A stretch of DNA of 63,887 nt, filler included, from Octopus bimaculoides (GCF_001194135.2; 9 parts of 8 records of this genome joined end to end with filler, not necessarily neighbours in it), one strand, 5' to 3'. Positions 13,372-25,060 are shown, counted from the whole stretch's first letter. Notes: generated from the sequence alone by a model not told the origin. Numbers and translations are program-made.

Positions 13372-13471
13372 NNNNNNNNNNNNNNNNNNNNNNNNNNNNN
13401 NNNNNNNNNNNNNNNTTAATTAATTAANNNNNNNNNNNNNNNNNNNNNNNNNNNNNNNNNNNNNNNNNNNN
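13372..13471. other. artificial scaffold linker N44-TTAATTAATTAA-N44 (first of 8)
   Basis: Same construct with the 12-mer at 13416, 29722, 34799, 39332, 48262, 55447, 58416 and 62711. Confidence 0.95.
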
Positions 13472-13890
13472 ATATATATATATATATATATATACAAGAA
13501 CAATATTTCCTGTTCCCAATAGGCAAACTTTCTGTAGAACTCTACAGGATATTCTATTCCAATCACTTTTAACTATTTATCTATATCATTACACTCAGTG
13601 CCTAATGCACCAGCTATTACAAGCACAACTTTCACAGATTTCGAACTCCAAATTCTTGCAATTTCAGATTTAAAGGGATTGTATTTTTTTGTTCATCTTT
13701 CTTTACAATCCTGGAATCAAACGGATATGATGGATCAATTCAATTAATTAGCAACTTTGGTTTTTCGTTGTCTATCATTGTTATATCTGGTTTATAATTT
13801 TCTCTCTTCTTATCCGTTTGAATTGGGAGATCCCATAAAACCTTGCATTTCTCCGACTCAAGCATTCCTTCAACCCAATGACTATACCAA

Positions 13891-14099
13891 ATACTTATTT
13901 CTTTATTGCCCACAAGGGGCTACACACAGAGGGGAAAAACAAGGACAGACAAACGGATTAAGTCTATTATATCGACTCCAGTGCGTAACTGGTACTTAAT
14001 TTATCGACCCCGAAAGGATGAAAGGCAAAGTCGACCTCAGCGGAATTTGAACTCAGAACGTTACGGCAGACGAAATACCAATAAGCATTTCGCCCGGCG
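13891..14099 (-). mobile_element. SINE family C
   Basis: Near-complete core gaccccgaaaggatgaaaggcaaagtcgacctc..aatttgaactcagaacg, with a different 3' tail from the 7979 copy. Confidence 0.85.
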
Positions 14100-14939
14100 A
14101 CGGCGGCGGCAGTAGTAGTAGTAGTAGTAGTAGTAATGCTGTTACTGTTGTTGTTGTTACTGTTGATGCTATTGCTGCTGCTGCTGCTTGTTTCGTTAAT
14201 GTTGTTGTTATTGCTGATGACGTTTGCATTGAACGGACGCCTGTAAAACTACTCCAGAAAAAGTTTGGGTATTGTTTCTTTTCACTTTTTTTATATTCTG
14301 TTTGTCTTTTCAACCGACAAAGGACTCTGGGACGTTTTAGTGTCCACCTCATTACCTTGGAATGGAAAATAAGGTTTGTCTTAGACATTTAATATATTTT
14401 ACAAACATTGTTTACTCGTTATTTAATACGGTTTTCCCCCTGGAGGAGAGGTACGAGGTACAAGCTATGAATGCGCTAACAATGGATACGCCCCACAAAA
14501 TTTCGAAAGCATTTTGAAAATTTCGTCAACAAAAACATATTAAGAATAGCAACACATAAAAAAAAATATTACAATTGAAGAAAGAGACACAGTTTTGAAA
14601 AGTTTTACAACTACAAATAATAAAAGTGGTGTTTGCACTAAAAACACAAATAACAAATCAACAAAACAACAATCTAGCATTGCGAGCGTCGTGAGCCAAA
14701 GGGAAGCATTGGACGTAGTCAAACTCCAAGAGAAAGCAACCACTTTGCTGGAAGAATTCATCGAAAGAATGGTAAGGAGGTAAGTGACGTAACTTTGAGA
14801 GTTTTTGCAAAATGGAGAAACAGTTTTCGTAAGTTGTGAAAGAAGCTCTGGCCAATACGCTCAATTCCGTTCTATGAAACGGAATTGAGCGTGTGAAAGT
14901 GATGACGTTATCTTTGAAACAACGTACGAGGCAAGAAAA

Positions 14940-15340
14940 ACAGGCAAGTACCACACGCACTTTGTCATACTCTTGATTTCGTAGTATTTAAAGGGACGCA
15001 ACACTAGCATCTCATGTAGAGATACTGTGCAGACATTCGCTCTTGGCTCTTCTTCACCTTTCAGAAACAGTAGGGGCGGGAGCTGACTAAGGAGCTTACA
15101 AGTGGCAACAGCATGTATATGCTCCAATTTATATGGAGTCGTCCACGTTCCTTTCATTTAGACTATAAAGATGCAGTATGTCGTTTGTTCTTGTCTCTGA
15201 ACGAAACTAAGTGGTACGTGTATATCTTTCCTTGAAAGTGCTTCCAGTCATTCCATTGTAGGTTTTTGCTATTCTGTTTAAGTTCTTGATGCAAACCTTA
15301 TACAATTCTTTTTCCATATAGATAACTGTACCTGAATACA
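14940..15340 (-). mobile_element. Penelope-like GIY-YIG endonuclease remnant
   Basis: Minus-strand frames: VIY...KTYNGMTGSTFKERY...HLVSFRDKNKRHT...INWSI...NVCTVSLHEMLVL. This matches the PLE pattern YIG-T--TFK-RY--H--SF...I-W-I...C-LCL-EK despite frameshifts. Confidence 0.6.
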
Positions 15341-15347
15341 CACATAT

Positions 15348-15511
15348 AGGCGCATGAGTGTTTGTGTGGTAAGTAGCTTGCTTATCAACCACATGGTCCC
15401 GAGTTCAATCCCACTGCGTGACACCTTGGGCGAGTGTCTTCTACTATAGCGTCGGGCCGACCAAAGCCTTGTGAGTGGAAGACGGAAACTGGAAGAAGCC
15501 CGTCGTATACG

Positions 15512-15573
<62 letters not shown>

Positions 15574-15780
15574 TGTGTCTACTTGTCACCCCAGCATCGC
15601 TTGAAAACCGATGCTGGTGTGTTTGCGTTTCTGTAACTTAGCGGTTCGGCAAAAGAGAGCCAATAGAATAAGTAGTAGGCTTATAAAGAATAAGCTCTGG
15701 GGTCGATTTCCTCGACTATAAAGGCGGTGCTCCAGTATGGCCGCAGTCAAATGACTCAAACAAGTAAGAGAGTAAAAGAG
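15348..15780 (+). mobile_element. tRNA-headed SINE family A with internal (TA)/(TG)n
   Basis: aggcgca.gagtg..tgtgtggtaagtagcttgct...gagttcaatccc...accttgggc.agtgtcttctactatagc; internal microsatellite; tail cagtcaaatgact.aaacaagtaa.agag. Confidence 0.9.
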
Positions 15781-16872
15781 TCACACACACGCACACACAA
15801 AAACACGCACACACAAACACACAGACACACACACACACACACATATTCACGTATTATTTCTTACATCTCGAATATTGTATTACGTTTGATTTTCTTCCCA
15901 TATATCATATTCATAAATATGGGTGTGCATGAACGTTCTCGTGTGAAGTAATTAAAGAATTGATATATAACGAAGGTAAATTCTTGCAAAAGTTCAGGGC
16001 TACTAGAAGGGAGATAACAATTATCGAATTCTTATAAGTTACCTTACTTGATCTGTGTATTCATTTTGAGCATAGCCCCATGTCTTGTCATCCAAAACGG
16101 AATCGATTACCAGCATTACCAAGAGGATCGCTTGAAAACTGTGGAGATCTTTTCAACATGAAACCATTAGTTGTCATGTTAATCTACAACTAAATATTTT
16201 TTTATCCACCAATTCAGTGTTGAGTACTCATTCTCACTATTCAATATTAGTATATATATATATATATATATGTATATATNNNNNNNNNNNNNNNNNNNNN
16301 NNNNNNNNNNNNNNNNNNNNNNNNNNNNNNNNNNNNNNNNNNNNNNNNNNNNNNNNNNNNNNNNNNNNNNNNNNNNNNNNNNNNNNNNNNNNNNNNNNNN
16401 NNNNNNNNNNNNNNNNNNNNNNNNNNNNNNNNNNNNNNNNNNNNNNNNNNNNNNNNNNNNNNNNNNNNNNNNNNNNNNNNNNNNNNNNNNNNNNNNNNNN
16501 NNNNNNNNNNNNNNNNNNNNNNNNNNNNNNNNNNNNNNNNNNNNNNNNNNNNNNNNNNNNNNNNNNNNNNNNNNNNNNNNNNNNNNNNNNNNNNNNNNNN
16601 NNNNNNNNNNNNNNNNNNNNNNNNNNNNNNNNNNNNNNNNNNNNNNNNNNNNNNNNNNNNNNNNNNNNNNNNNNNNNNNNNNNNNNNNNNNNNNNNNNNN
16701 NNNNNNNNNNNNNNNNNNNNNNNNNNNNNNNNNNNNNNNNNNNNNNNNNNNNNNNNNNNNNNNNNNNNNNNNNNNNNNNNNNNNNNNNNNNNNNNNNNNN
16801 NNNNNNNNNNNNNNNNNNNNNNNNNNNNNNNNNNNNNNNNNNNNNNNNNNNNNNNNNTTAATGAGTAGTAGT

Positions 16873-17177
16873 GAAGTCGCATGGCTCAGTGGTTACTGCA
16901 TCGAACTTACGATCGTGAGGTTATGAGTTCGAATCCCGGACCGGGCTGTGTGTTGTGTTCTTGAGCAAGACACTTTATTTCACGTTCCTCCAGTTCACTC
17001 AGCTGTAGAAATGAGTTGCGACGTCACAGGTGCCAAGCAGTATCGGCCCCTTTGCCTTTCCCTTGGATTACACTGGTGGCGTGGAGAGGGGAGGCCAGTA
17101 TGCATGGACGACTGCTGGTCTTCCATAAACAACCCTTCTTGGACTTGTGCCTGGGAGGGTAACTTTCTAGGTGCAAT
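16873..17177 (+). mobile_element. tRNA-headed CORE-like SINE, family B variant with different 3' region
   Basis: TGGCTCAGTGG (A box), GAGTTCGAATCCC (B box), ttcttgagcaagacactttatttcacg body. The 3' region is unrelated to the other B copies. Confidence 0.85.
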
Positions 17178-17581
17178 CTGACAAAAATAAATCTATAAAG
17201 GAATTTGACAAATTAAATATAAGGCCCTGGAAATTGAAATGCAAAAAATGTGATATCTTAAAGCGAGAACTGTTCTTGTTCTTGTAGGTGCCCTAGGTAT
17301 GATAAATGAAGGGATGTCAGAAAAATCTAGATAACATCCCAGGAGAACCATGTCTCAGAGAAATCCAAAAGATTGTGTTGACAAGTACTACCCACATACT
17401 TAGAAAAACCCTATCAATTTAAGTGCCTGTGTTGTATTACATAAAGATATTTCACTACTTCCCCTGCCACTTTCCCTCTCAAAACTTTCAGTCATACTGT
17501 AGCATCTCTTACGCTTCACTCGCCCTAGGACACTGAGTGTGTCTTGGCAAGTGACTGTAACAAACATGCAGATTAAAAGTA

Positions 17582-17638
<57 letters not shown>
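17178..17638 (+). mobile_element. R4/Dong-type non-LTR 3' fragment with (TAA)n tail
   Basis: DKNKSIKEFDKL..KALEIEMQKM..LVGALG...EIQKIVLTSTTHILRKTLSI*, then 3' UTR and (TAA)n from about 17582. Confidence 0.8.
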
Positions 17639-17927
17639 CCTTGGATTGATTTATAAACATTTAATGTATCCAAGGATTATTGTTATATTGTTATTACTAT
17701 CATATTTATCATACATTGTATCGGCAGAGCTCTATGCAACCCTGAAAAATTGTTTCACCAGTCAGCATCATTAGACTGTGGCCGGCATAATGGAATAGGA
17801 GCTTTATTTGCATATTCAAAACGTTTCCCATAAACAGATTTACAAGACATTTTTTTCTATAGAAAATTTGGACTGGTCCGCTGATGGGCTTTTCATTAAA
17901 AGTTTTGATCTGTGCATATTTCATGTT

Positions 17928-18009
17928 TATCCTGATGAGGGGGTCATCGCCGTGATGCACTTTAGTGTAAATGAACTGCGGTGGTGAGTTCCCGAAACGG
18001 CCATAGATA
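17928..18009 (+). ncRNA. type I hammerhead ribozyme motif with extended helix II
   Basis: TATC-CTGATGA(17932-38)-about 55-nt hairpin-GAAAC(17994-98)-GGCC-ATA-GATA. Helix I TATC/GATA is perfect; helix III is one G>A change from the palindrome ACGGCCGT. Confidence 0.65.
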
Positions 18010-18854
18010 TATGTGAATTTTGAATTTGACCTGTGATATCTGTTTATTATGAACTTTGAACGTACATGCGTGAGGAGAGTAAAAGACTTTTTCAAGATGT
18101 CTGTGAATTTGACCTGTGGAAGTCGGCTTACTTATGAACTTTGGACGTACCTGTGTGAGGGAAGTAAAAGACTTTTTTCAAATATTTAAAAAAAAAANNN
18201 NNNNNNNNNNNNNNNNNNNNNNNNNNNNNNNNNNNNNNNNNNNNNNNNNNNNNNNNNNNNNNNNNNNNNNNNNNNNNNNNNNNNNNNNNNNNNNNNNTCT
18301 CTCTTTCCCCCTTTCCCTCTGCCTGTTGGCTCACACGTGACTACAGGCCATTTCTCTCACCTCTATTTTTTCTAGCTGGATGTCATTTCCCTTGCCTCCC
18401 GACATTTTTCTCTTCTATTTTCTTCTCTTCTATTTATTCTATATACTTTCAAAATGGCGCTACCCATTACAATGCATCTTGGCCTAACGGCCCTTAATGT
18501 TTGTCTTCGTCGATTGTTTACTCTGTTGCTGTTTGTTCGTTCGAAGTCCTAACTCTCCACAAATTTTATATTTTTAAAATTTCTGGATGCTACTGTCTTA
18601 TGAAGTTTTCATCTCTTGTCGTTGAAAGCTCGAAATAGGGAGTAATAAACAGTCGACAACTGAGGAAGAGTTACACTTTTGGTATTTTTCCGCGTACTTG
18701 TCTCTCGTCATGTGTTTATGTATTTTTCACTCGTTGTTGATGTCCAGTTCTTATTGTGTATTTTGGGGTATTTTGCCCCGTACTTATCTCTTGTGTGTTT
18801 ACGTGTTTTTCGCTCGTTCGTGATGTCCTCTACTTAATGTGTATTATATGTATA

Positions 18855-19010
18855 AAGTAAACAGAAAATGGAGAAATATTGATTGACAACAATTGACTAA
18901 CATCAGTTATTACTTTTAATTAAATACAAATAGACTGTATTTAATTAAAAAGTAATAATTGATGCCAGTCAATTGTTGTTAATCAATATTTCTCCATTTT
19001 CTGTTTACTT
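18855..19010. repeat. 156-bp near-perfect hairpin/palindrome
   Basis: About 73-bp arms (aagtaaacagaaaatggagaaatattgatt... / ...aatcaatatttctccattttctgtttactt) with 4 substitutions, 1 indel and a 7-9 nt loop. Confidence 0.92.
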
Positions 19011-19186
19011 CAAATTTGATTCCTGATAAACTCATGTTTATCTTTGTCAATGCCTGTAATCCATGAGCATAATATGCCTGCATATGTATGTCCAAGGTTA
19101 ACATAGGTAATTATACCGGTAGTATAACGGATACTTCTATCCCTTAGACGGTTATTCCAACTTCAAACTCTACTAACCTTTATATA

Positions 19187-19223
<37 letters not shown>

Positions 19224-20546
19224 NNNNNNNNNNNNNNNNNNNNNNNNNNNNNNNNNNNNNNNNNNNNNNNNNNNNNNNNNNNNNNNNNNNNNNNNNNNNN
19301 NNNNNNNNNNNNNNNNNNNNNNNNNNNNNNNNNNNNNNNNNNNNNNNNNNNNNNNNNNNNNNNNNNNNNNNNNNNNNNNNNNNNNNNNNNNNNNNNNNNN
19401 NNNNNNNNNNNNNNNNNNNNNNNNNNNNNNNNNNNNNNNNNNNNNNNNNNNNNNNNNNNNNNNNNNNNNNNNNNNNNNNNNNNNNNNNNNNNNNNNNNNN
19501 NNNNNNNNNNNNNNNNNNNNNNNNNNNNNNNNNNNNNNNNNNNNNNNNNNNNNNNNNNNNNNNNNNNNNNNNNNNNNNNNNNNNNNNNNNNNNNNNNNNN
19601 NNNNNNNNNNNNNNNNNNNNNNNNNNNNNNNNNNNNNNNNNNNNNNNNNNNNNNNNNNNNNNNNNNNNNNNNNNNNNNNNNNNNNNNNNNNNNNNNNNNN
19701 NNNNNNNNNNNNNNNNNNNNNNNNNNNNNNNNNNNNNNNNNNNNNNNNNNNNNNNNNNNNNNNNNNNNNNNNNNNNNNNNNNNNNNNNNNNNNNNNNNNN
19801 NNNNNNNNNNNNNNNNNNNNNNNNNNNNNNNNNNNNNNNNNNNNNNNNNNNNNNNNNNNNNNNNNNNNNNNNNNNNNNNNNNNNNNNNNNNNNNNNNNNN
19901 NNNNNNNNNNNNNNNNNNNNNNNNNNNNNNNNNNNNNNNNNNNNNNNNNNNTCTATTGGTGAAATAAATTCATTCATCCTATTCTTATACCTCCTCTCTT
20001 TCTTTACATATACAAACACGTATTTATTTCCGTATTTTGATGTCTTAAATACTACGCTTTTATTTCGCCCTGTACATCATATAATCCCCTTTCTCAGACG
20101 TTTTGTACAAATGTGTAGAACCATGGGATAAATAAATAAGCTGATTATTATTTTCCTTAATTACACGCTGACTGTCATACGATGTTATTTTAACATTAGC
20201 TGTTGCGTTGATAATTAAACACGTAGTTTTCAAACAATTTCCCCCCCCCCTCCGTGTTAACAGGCTGTCACTCCTTTTGGTTACCGTTTGGATTCTTAGT
20301 TATGGGACCGGAACGACAGTGGAGTTGTGAGAACCATCAGAGCGTAGAACAAACTACCGTGAGGTATTTAGTCACGGTAATTAATTTTTGGAGACCAACC
20401 GTATCTGTAGTCTTTCCGGAAATAATTACCTGTGAAATACAGGCATTGACATAAAAGTCTCCAATCTGATAAGTTCACCAATTTGTAGTGACCCAGCGAA
20501 GTATTTTGTACGAATAATCGCCGAACGAATGACTCAAGTTAACGGT

Positions 20547-20610
20547 AAACTACGGAGCACTACAGGGCACTACGGAGCACCACGGAGCACTACGGAGCAC
20601 TACGGAGACC
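20547..20610. repeat. 10-bp minisatellite (CTACGGAGCA)x about 6
   Basis: actacggagcactacagggcactacggagcaccacggagcactacggagcactacggag. Confidence 0.85.
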
Positions 20611-20823
20611 TATGCAATCCTACAGCCATCGCAAGTGAAATAATGTGCAACGTAAGCAGCCATTATTGTTACTACGTTGGCCGAAATCAAAGTAAAAACG
20701 TAGCCAGAAGCTACAATCACCACAGCGATCGACCTTCTGGAAACTGCAACCAAATCTACCCTTAAATTATGGCTATCCGTCGTATATAAGGGAACAGTGA
20801 GATTAGGTAATGTAATATCCTGC

Positions 20824-20906
20824 ATAGCCCTAAAAACAACATGAGGATCCGGACTGAGAGAACTTTCAACATAGGTCCGTTAGATCAGGGTTGATTTTAG
20901 GGCTAT
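20824..20906. mobile_element. 83-bp mini inverted-repeat element
   Basis: 17-bp TIR-like ends atagccctaaaaacaac / gttgattttagggctat (1 mismatch). No TSD resolved. Confidence 0.45.
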
Positions 20907-21099
20907 AAGGGCTGTTCCACGTGTCCTTTTGACGACACAACACACACACACACACACACATACACGCGCGCCGCGCACTCACAAATTCACACACACACAC
21001 ATGCATAATATACTTCACACTTTCAGCTCGTCTTTAAATGGTCACACAAGCTGCTAGATATAACAGCCAAATCATCTCCAAATCACACCTGTTAGCCTT

Positions 21100-22075
21100 A
21101 AAACTTCGTTACGTGGGAAAGGCAGTACCATTTTCACTACAACATAGACTAAATCCTTTATGGTGAGCTGACATCAGGGACAGGACCACAGTATAAGAGA
21201 AAACTGTGCTTTAAGGACTGCATGAAAGATTCTCTGATTCAATGCAAGATTGAAACAACTGAACGAAAGTCATCAGTGTTAGACAGAAATAATTGGCGCC
21301 GAATATAACGTATTGCATCGGGAAATTTTAGGCGTAGGAGTGGCTGTGTGGTAAATAGCTTGCTTACCAACCACATGGTTCCGGGTTCAGTACCACTGCG
21401 TGGTACCTTGGGTTGACTAAATCCTTGTGAGTGGATTTGGTAGACGGAAACTGAAAAAGAAGCCCGTCGTATATATGTATATATATATATGTATGTGTGT
21501 GTGTTTCTGTGTCTGTGTTTGTCCCCCCAACATCGCTTGACAACCGATGCTGGTGTACTTACGTTCTCGTAACTTAGCGGTTCGGCAAAAGAGACCGATA
21601 GAATAAGTACTAGGCTTACAAAGAATAAGTCCTGGAGTCGATCTGCTCGACTGAAGGCGGTGCTCCAGCATGGCCGCAGTCAAATGACTGAAACAAGTAA
21701 ACGAGTAAAAAAAAAAGAGTAAAAGAGTCTTCATTAGAATGGACGAATGTGAAGCGAAGAGCCTGGAAAAGGAAACCTGTTTCTCTAACAGCCCCACTCT
21801 TTGAGTGTGTTAAATGCGGAAGAGTTTGTCTCTCCAGAGTTGGTCTCAGAAGTCACATGAAAGTACTCAATCGGAGTGTTATACAGAACGAGCAACTGAC
21901 TGAAACACATGAATATATATGCCACATCTGAGGCAAAACGTTTAAATCGCTTGTTAACTTTAAAAACCATTGTAAGTCCCGAGGTCATTGGAAATAGAAA
22001 AAAGAAAAACAGAAACACATACAACATAACTTGTCAGTGACGATCATACTCCTCTAGCGAGTCGTCAGTAATCAT
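21100..22075 (+). mobile_element. RTE-clade LINE 3' fragment with C-terminal zinc fingers, interrupted by a SINE
   Basis: ILYGELTSG..LCFKDCMKDSL..DRNNWRRI..GNF|ESSLEWTNVKRRAWKRK..FECVKCGRVCLSRVGLRSHMK. The frame is restored when 21330-21724 is removed. Confidence 0.8.
21330..21724 (+). mobile_element. SINE family A inserted in RTE remnant
   Basis: ggcgtaggagtggctgtgtggtaa...gggttcagtacc head, internal (TA)/(TG)n and gagtaaaa tail. Confidence 0.92.
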
Positions 22076-23946
22076 GTATGTATGTATGTAGGTAGGTAGG
22101 TAGTTAGTTAGGTAGGTAGGTAGGTAGGTAGGTAGGTAGGTAGGTAGGTAGGTAGGTAGGTAGGTAGGTGCGTGTATATGTGTATGTGGTGGATGTAAGA
22201 AGGTTTAAAGTGTAGGTATTCGTATTAACAAGAGTACGTGACTGTAAATCTGTTTGTGTTTCTGGGAGCAAGTCAAAGGGTGTAGATATGTATGCACATC
22301 TTCGCACGTGGTCAGTAGGAGACATGCATGGGTGTATGAGTGGAAACATATTTAGATCGAGATTNNNNNNNNNNNNNNNNNNNNNNNNNNNNNNNNNNNN
22401 NNNNNNNNNNNNNNNNNNNNNNNNNNNNNNNNNNNNNNNNNNNNNNNNNNNNNNNNNNNNNNNNNNNNNNNNNNNNNNNNNNNNNNNNNNNNNNNNNNNN
22501 NNNNNNNNNNNNNNNNNNNNNNNNNNNNNNNNNNNNNNNNNNNNNNNNNNNNNNNNNNNNNNNNNNNNNNNNNNNNNNNNNNNNNNNNNNNNNNNNNNNN
22601 NNNNNNNNNNNNNNNNNNNNNNNNNNNNNNNNNNNNNNNNNNNNNNNNNNNNNNNNNNNNNNNNNNNNNNNNNNNNNNNNNNNNNNNNNNNNNNNNNNNN
22701 NNNNNNNNNNNNNNNNNNNNNNNNNNNNNNNNNNNNNNNNNNNNNNNNNNNNNNNNNNNNNNNNNNNNNNNNNNNNNNNNNNNNNNNNNNNNNNNNNNNN
22801 NNNNNNNNNNNNNNNNNNNNNNNNNNNNNNNNNNNNNNNNNNNNNNNNNNNNNNNNNNNNNNNNNNNNNNNNNNNNNNNNNNNNNNNNNNNNNNNNNNNN
22901 NNNNNNNNNNNNNNNNNNNNNNNNNNNNNNNNNNNNNNNNNNNNNNNNNNNNNNNNNNNNNNNNNNNNNNNNNNNNNNNNNNNNNNNNNNNNNNNNNNNN
23001 NNNNNNNNNNNNNNNNNNNNNNNNNNNNNNNNNNNNNNNNNNNNNNNNNNNNNNNNNNNNNNNNNNNNNNNNNNNNNNNNNNNNNNNNNNNNNNNNNNNN
23101 NNNNNNNNNNNNNNNNNNNNNNNNNNNNNNNNNNNNNNNNNNNNNNNNNNNNNNNNNNNNNNNNNNNNNNNNNNNNNNNNNNNNNNNNNNNNNNNNNNNN
23201 NNNNNNNNNNNNNNNNNNNNNNNNNNNNNNNNNNNNNNNNNNNNNNNNNNNNNNNNNNNNNNNNNNNNNNNNNNNNNNNNNNNNNNNNNNNNNNNNNNNN
23301 NNNNNNNNNNNATTTATATATTTCTATATATTTATGTGCATCTGTGTGGTAGGTACATAAGAATTTTCTGTTTCTTAATTATTTGAATTCTTCCTATAAA
23401 AAAACGTGTTAGTTTCTATCAAACAAACAAAAGCCTCCTCGCTGGAATTTTAAATGACAATAGGAAATAATTACATTCAGAAATTTAGAAAAGTTTTCCA
23501 TATCTTTACTGTTCCATTTACGTGATGTATTGTTAAAGTACGTATTAACTGGTTATCTTCTATGTCTGCATTTCCAGTATTAAACGATTGTCACTTAAAT
23601 ACTTACTTACACATCCAAAGGTACCAGCGATCATTAGGTATAGATGTGAATTGATAACATTTGTTAGAGGGATTTCAAAACTGATGAGCAATTTTATTTG
23701 GAAAGGCATTTACATTTATAAGCAAATACTGCAACAGCCTTGGTATCTGGTACTGAAGAAAACTAAAATGCTCGAAATGCTTCCATCAGTCCAAAAGAAA
23801 ATGCCTTGAGTTCACATTAGTGTTTTAACTTCTTTTCGTCTGAAGCAAGTATGTTTTTCCACGGCAAATTGAAGTGAAAAGCCTTGTAAAGGTTCGAGTA
23901 TCTCTCAGACATATTCCAAGTAATCTCAAGGCTGTATACATACATT

Positions 23947-24037
<91 letters not shown>

Positions 24038-24608
24038 ATATCTATATTATTTATTAATTGAACATATCGAATACTAATTGGTTATTTTGTGACTTCATTA
24101 CTCAAAATTAATAACTGTTTACCAATAATAGATTACACCTTTTTCTCCTATATGTAATTCATTTACGTACAATGTATATTTGCGATGACTTACAAGTTTC
24201 CGTAATTCACTTCTTTACCTCTCTCCTTCCACTTGTCATTCTCGTTCTTTGAATCTTGTGACGATTGTCTAGTATCTGGCCATGCATTTACACCACAATC
24301 TAAATACTATCACTTCATCAGATGATGTTAATTCATCACATGACCTTAACACGTGGTTCATGATACTGCAAAATTTATTTTATGTTGATCAGGGTTTGTT
24401 TATCGGCCATCTTATGTACATTTTTATAAACGATTTTGTATTTTTAATTAATAAATTTTAAATTTAAATTTCAAATAATATACTTGCCTACTAATTACTG
24501 CAATAATTAGGATTACGTTCCTATTATTGCTTTATTTTTTATCTTATATATAGGTTGTTACCTTTACGTTCTATATAATAATAATAATTATAATAATGAT
24601 AATAATAA

Positions 24609-25060
24609 TTATTATTATTATTTTCTCTTTATCACAGGTTTTGTTGGAGCTCCTGGAATCTTGCATGCGTAGCGGGCTCCTTACCTGCAGCCTACCGTGC
24701 CTGGCTATCCGTTCTTTTCAACCATCTCATACTTCCCTGATTATTCTGGCCGTGCCAAAGAGGCAAACCTTTTGTAACAGTTCTACTGGGAACTCTATTC
24801 CAATTTCCTTTATATTCCTCTTCATGACTTCTGATACTGTTCTCAAGGGCCCAACAATAATTGGCACCATCTTCACCTTCTTCATTTTCCATAGCCGGGC
24901 TATTTCGTACTTAAGAGGGTTGTATCTATCTATCTTTTCACCTTCCTTCTTGACTATTCCTGGGTCAAAGGGGCATGTAACAGCAACTATATAGCACATG
25001 TGGTGCATCTTGTCCTCCACCACCACCACTAGGTCTGGTCTGTTATGCTCTAGCACCTGA
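24609..25060 (-). mobile_element. R4/Dong-type REL endonuclease 3' fragment
   Basis: HNRPDLVVV..CYIVAVTCPFD..KEGEKIDRY.PLKYEIARLW..PIIVGPL..LLQKVCLFGTARIIREV*; 3' UTR; TAA tracts on both sides. Confidence 0.85.

Noticed and set aside
14200-14790. Possible exons (minus acceptor giving GNEVDTKTSQSPLSVEKTNRI*; plus donor AG|GTAAGT at about 14780)
   Set aside because: They lie on opposite strands, show no recognisable protein similarity, and such signals are expected by chance in 64 kb.
23684-23712. CTGATGA...GGAAAG
   Set aside because: No closing pair for helix II, no helix I and no palindromic helix III.
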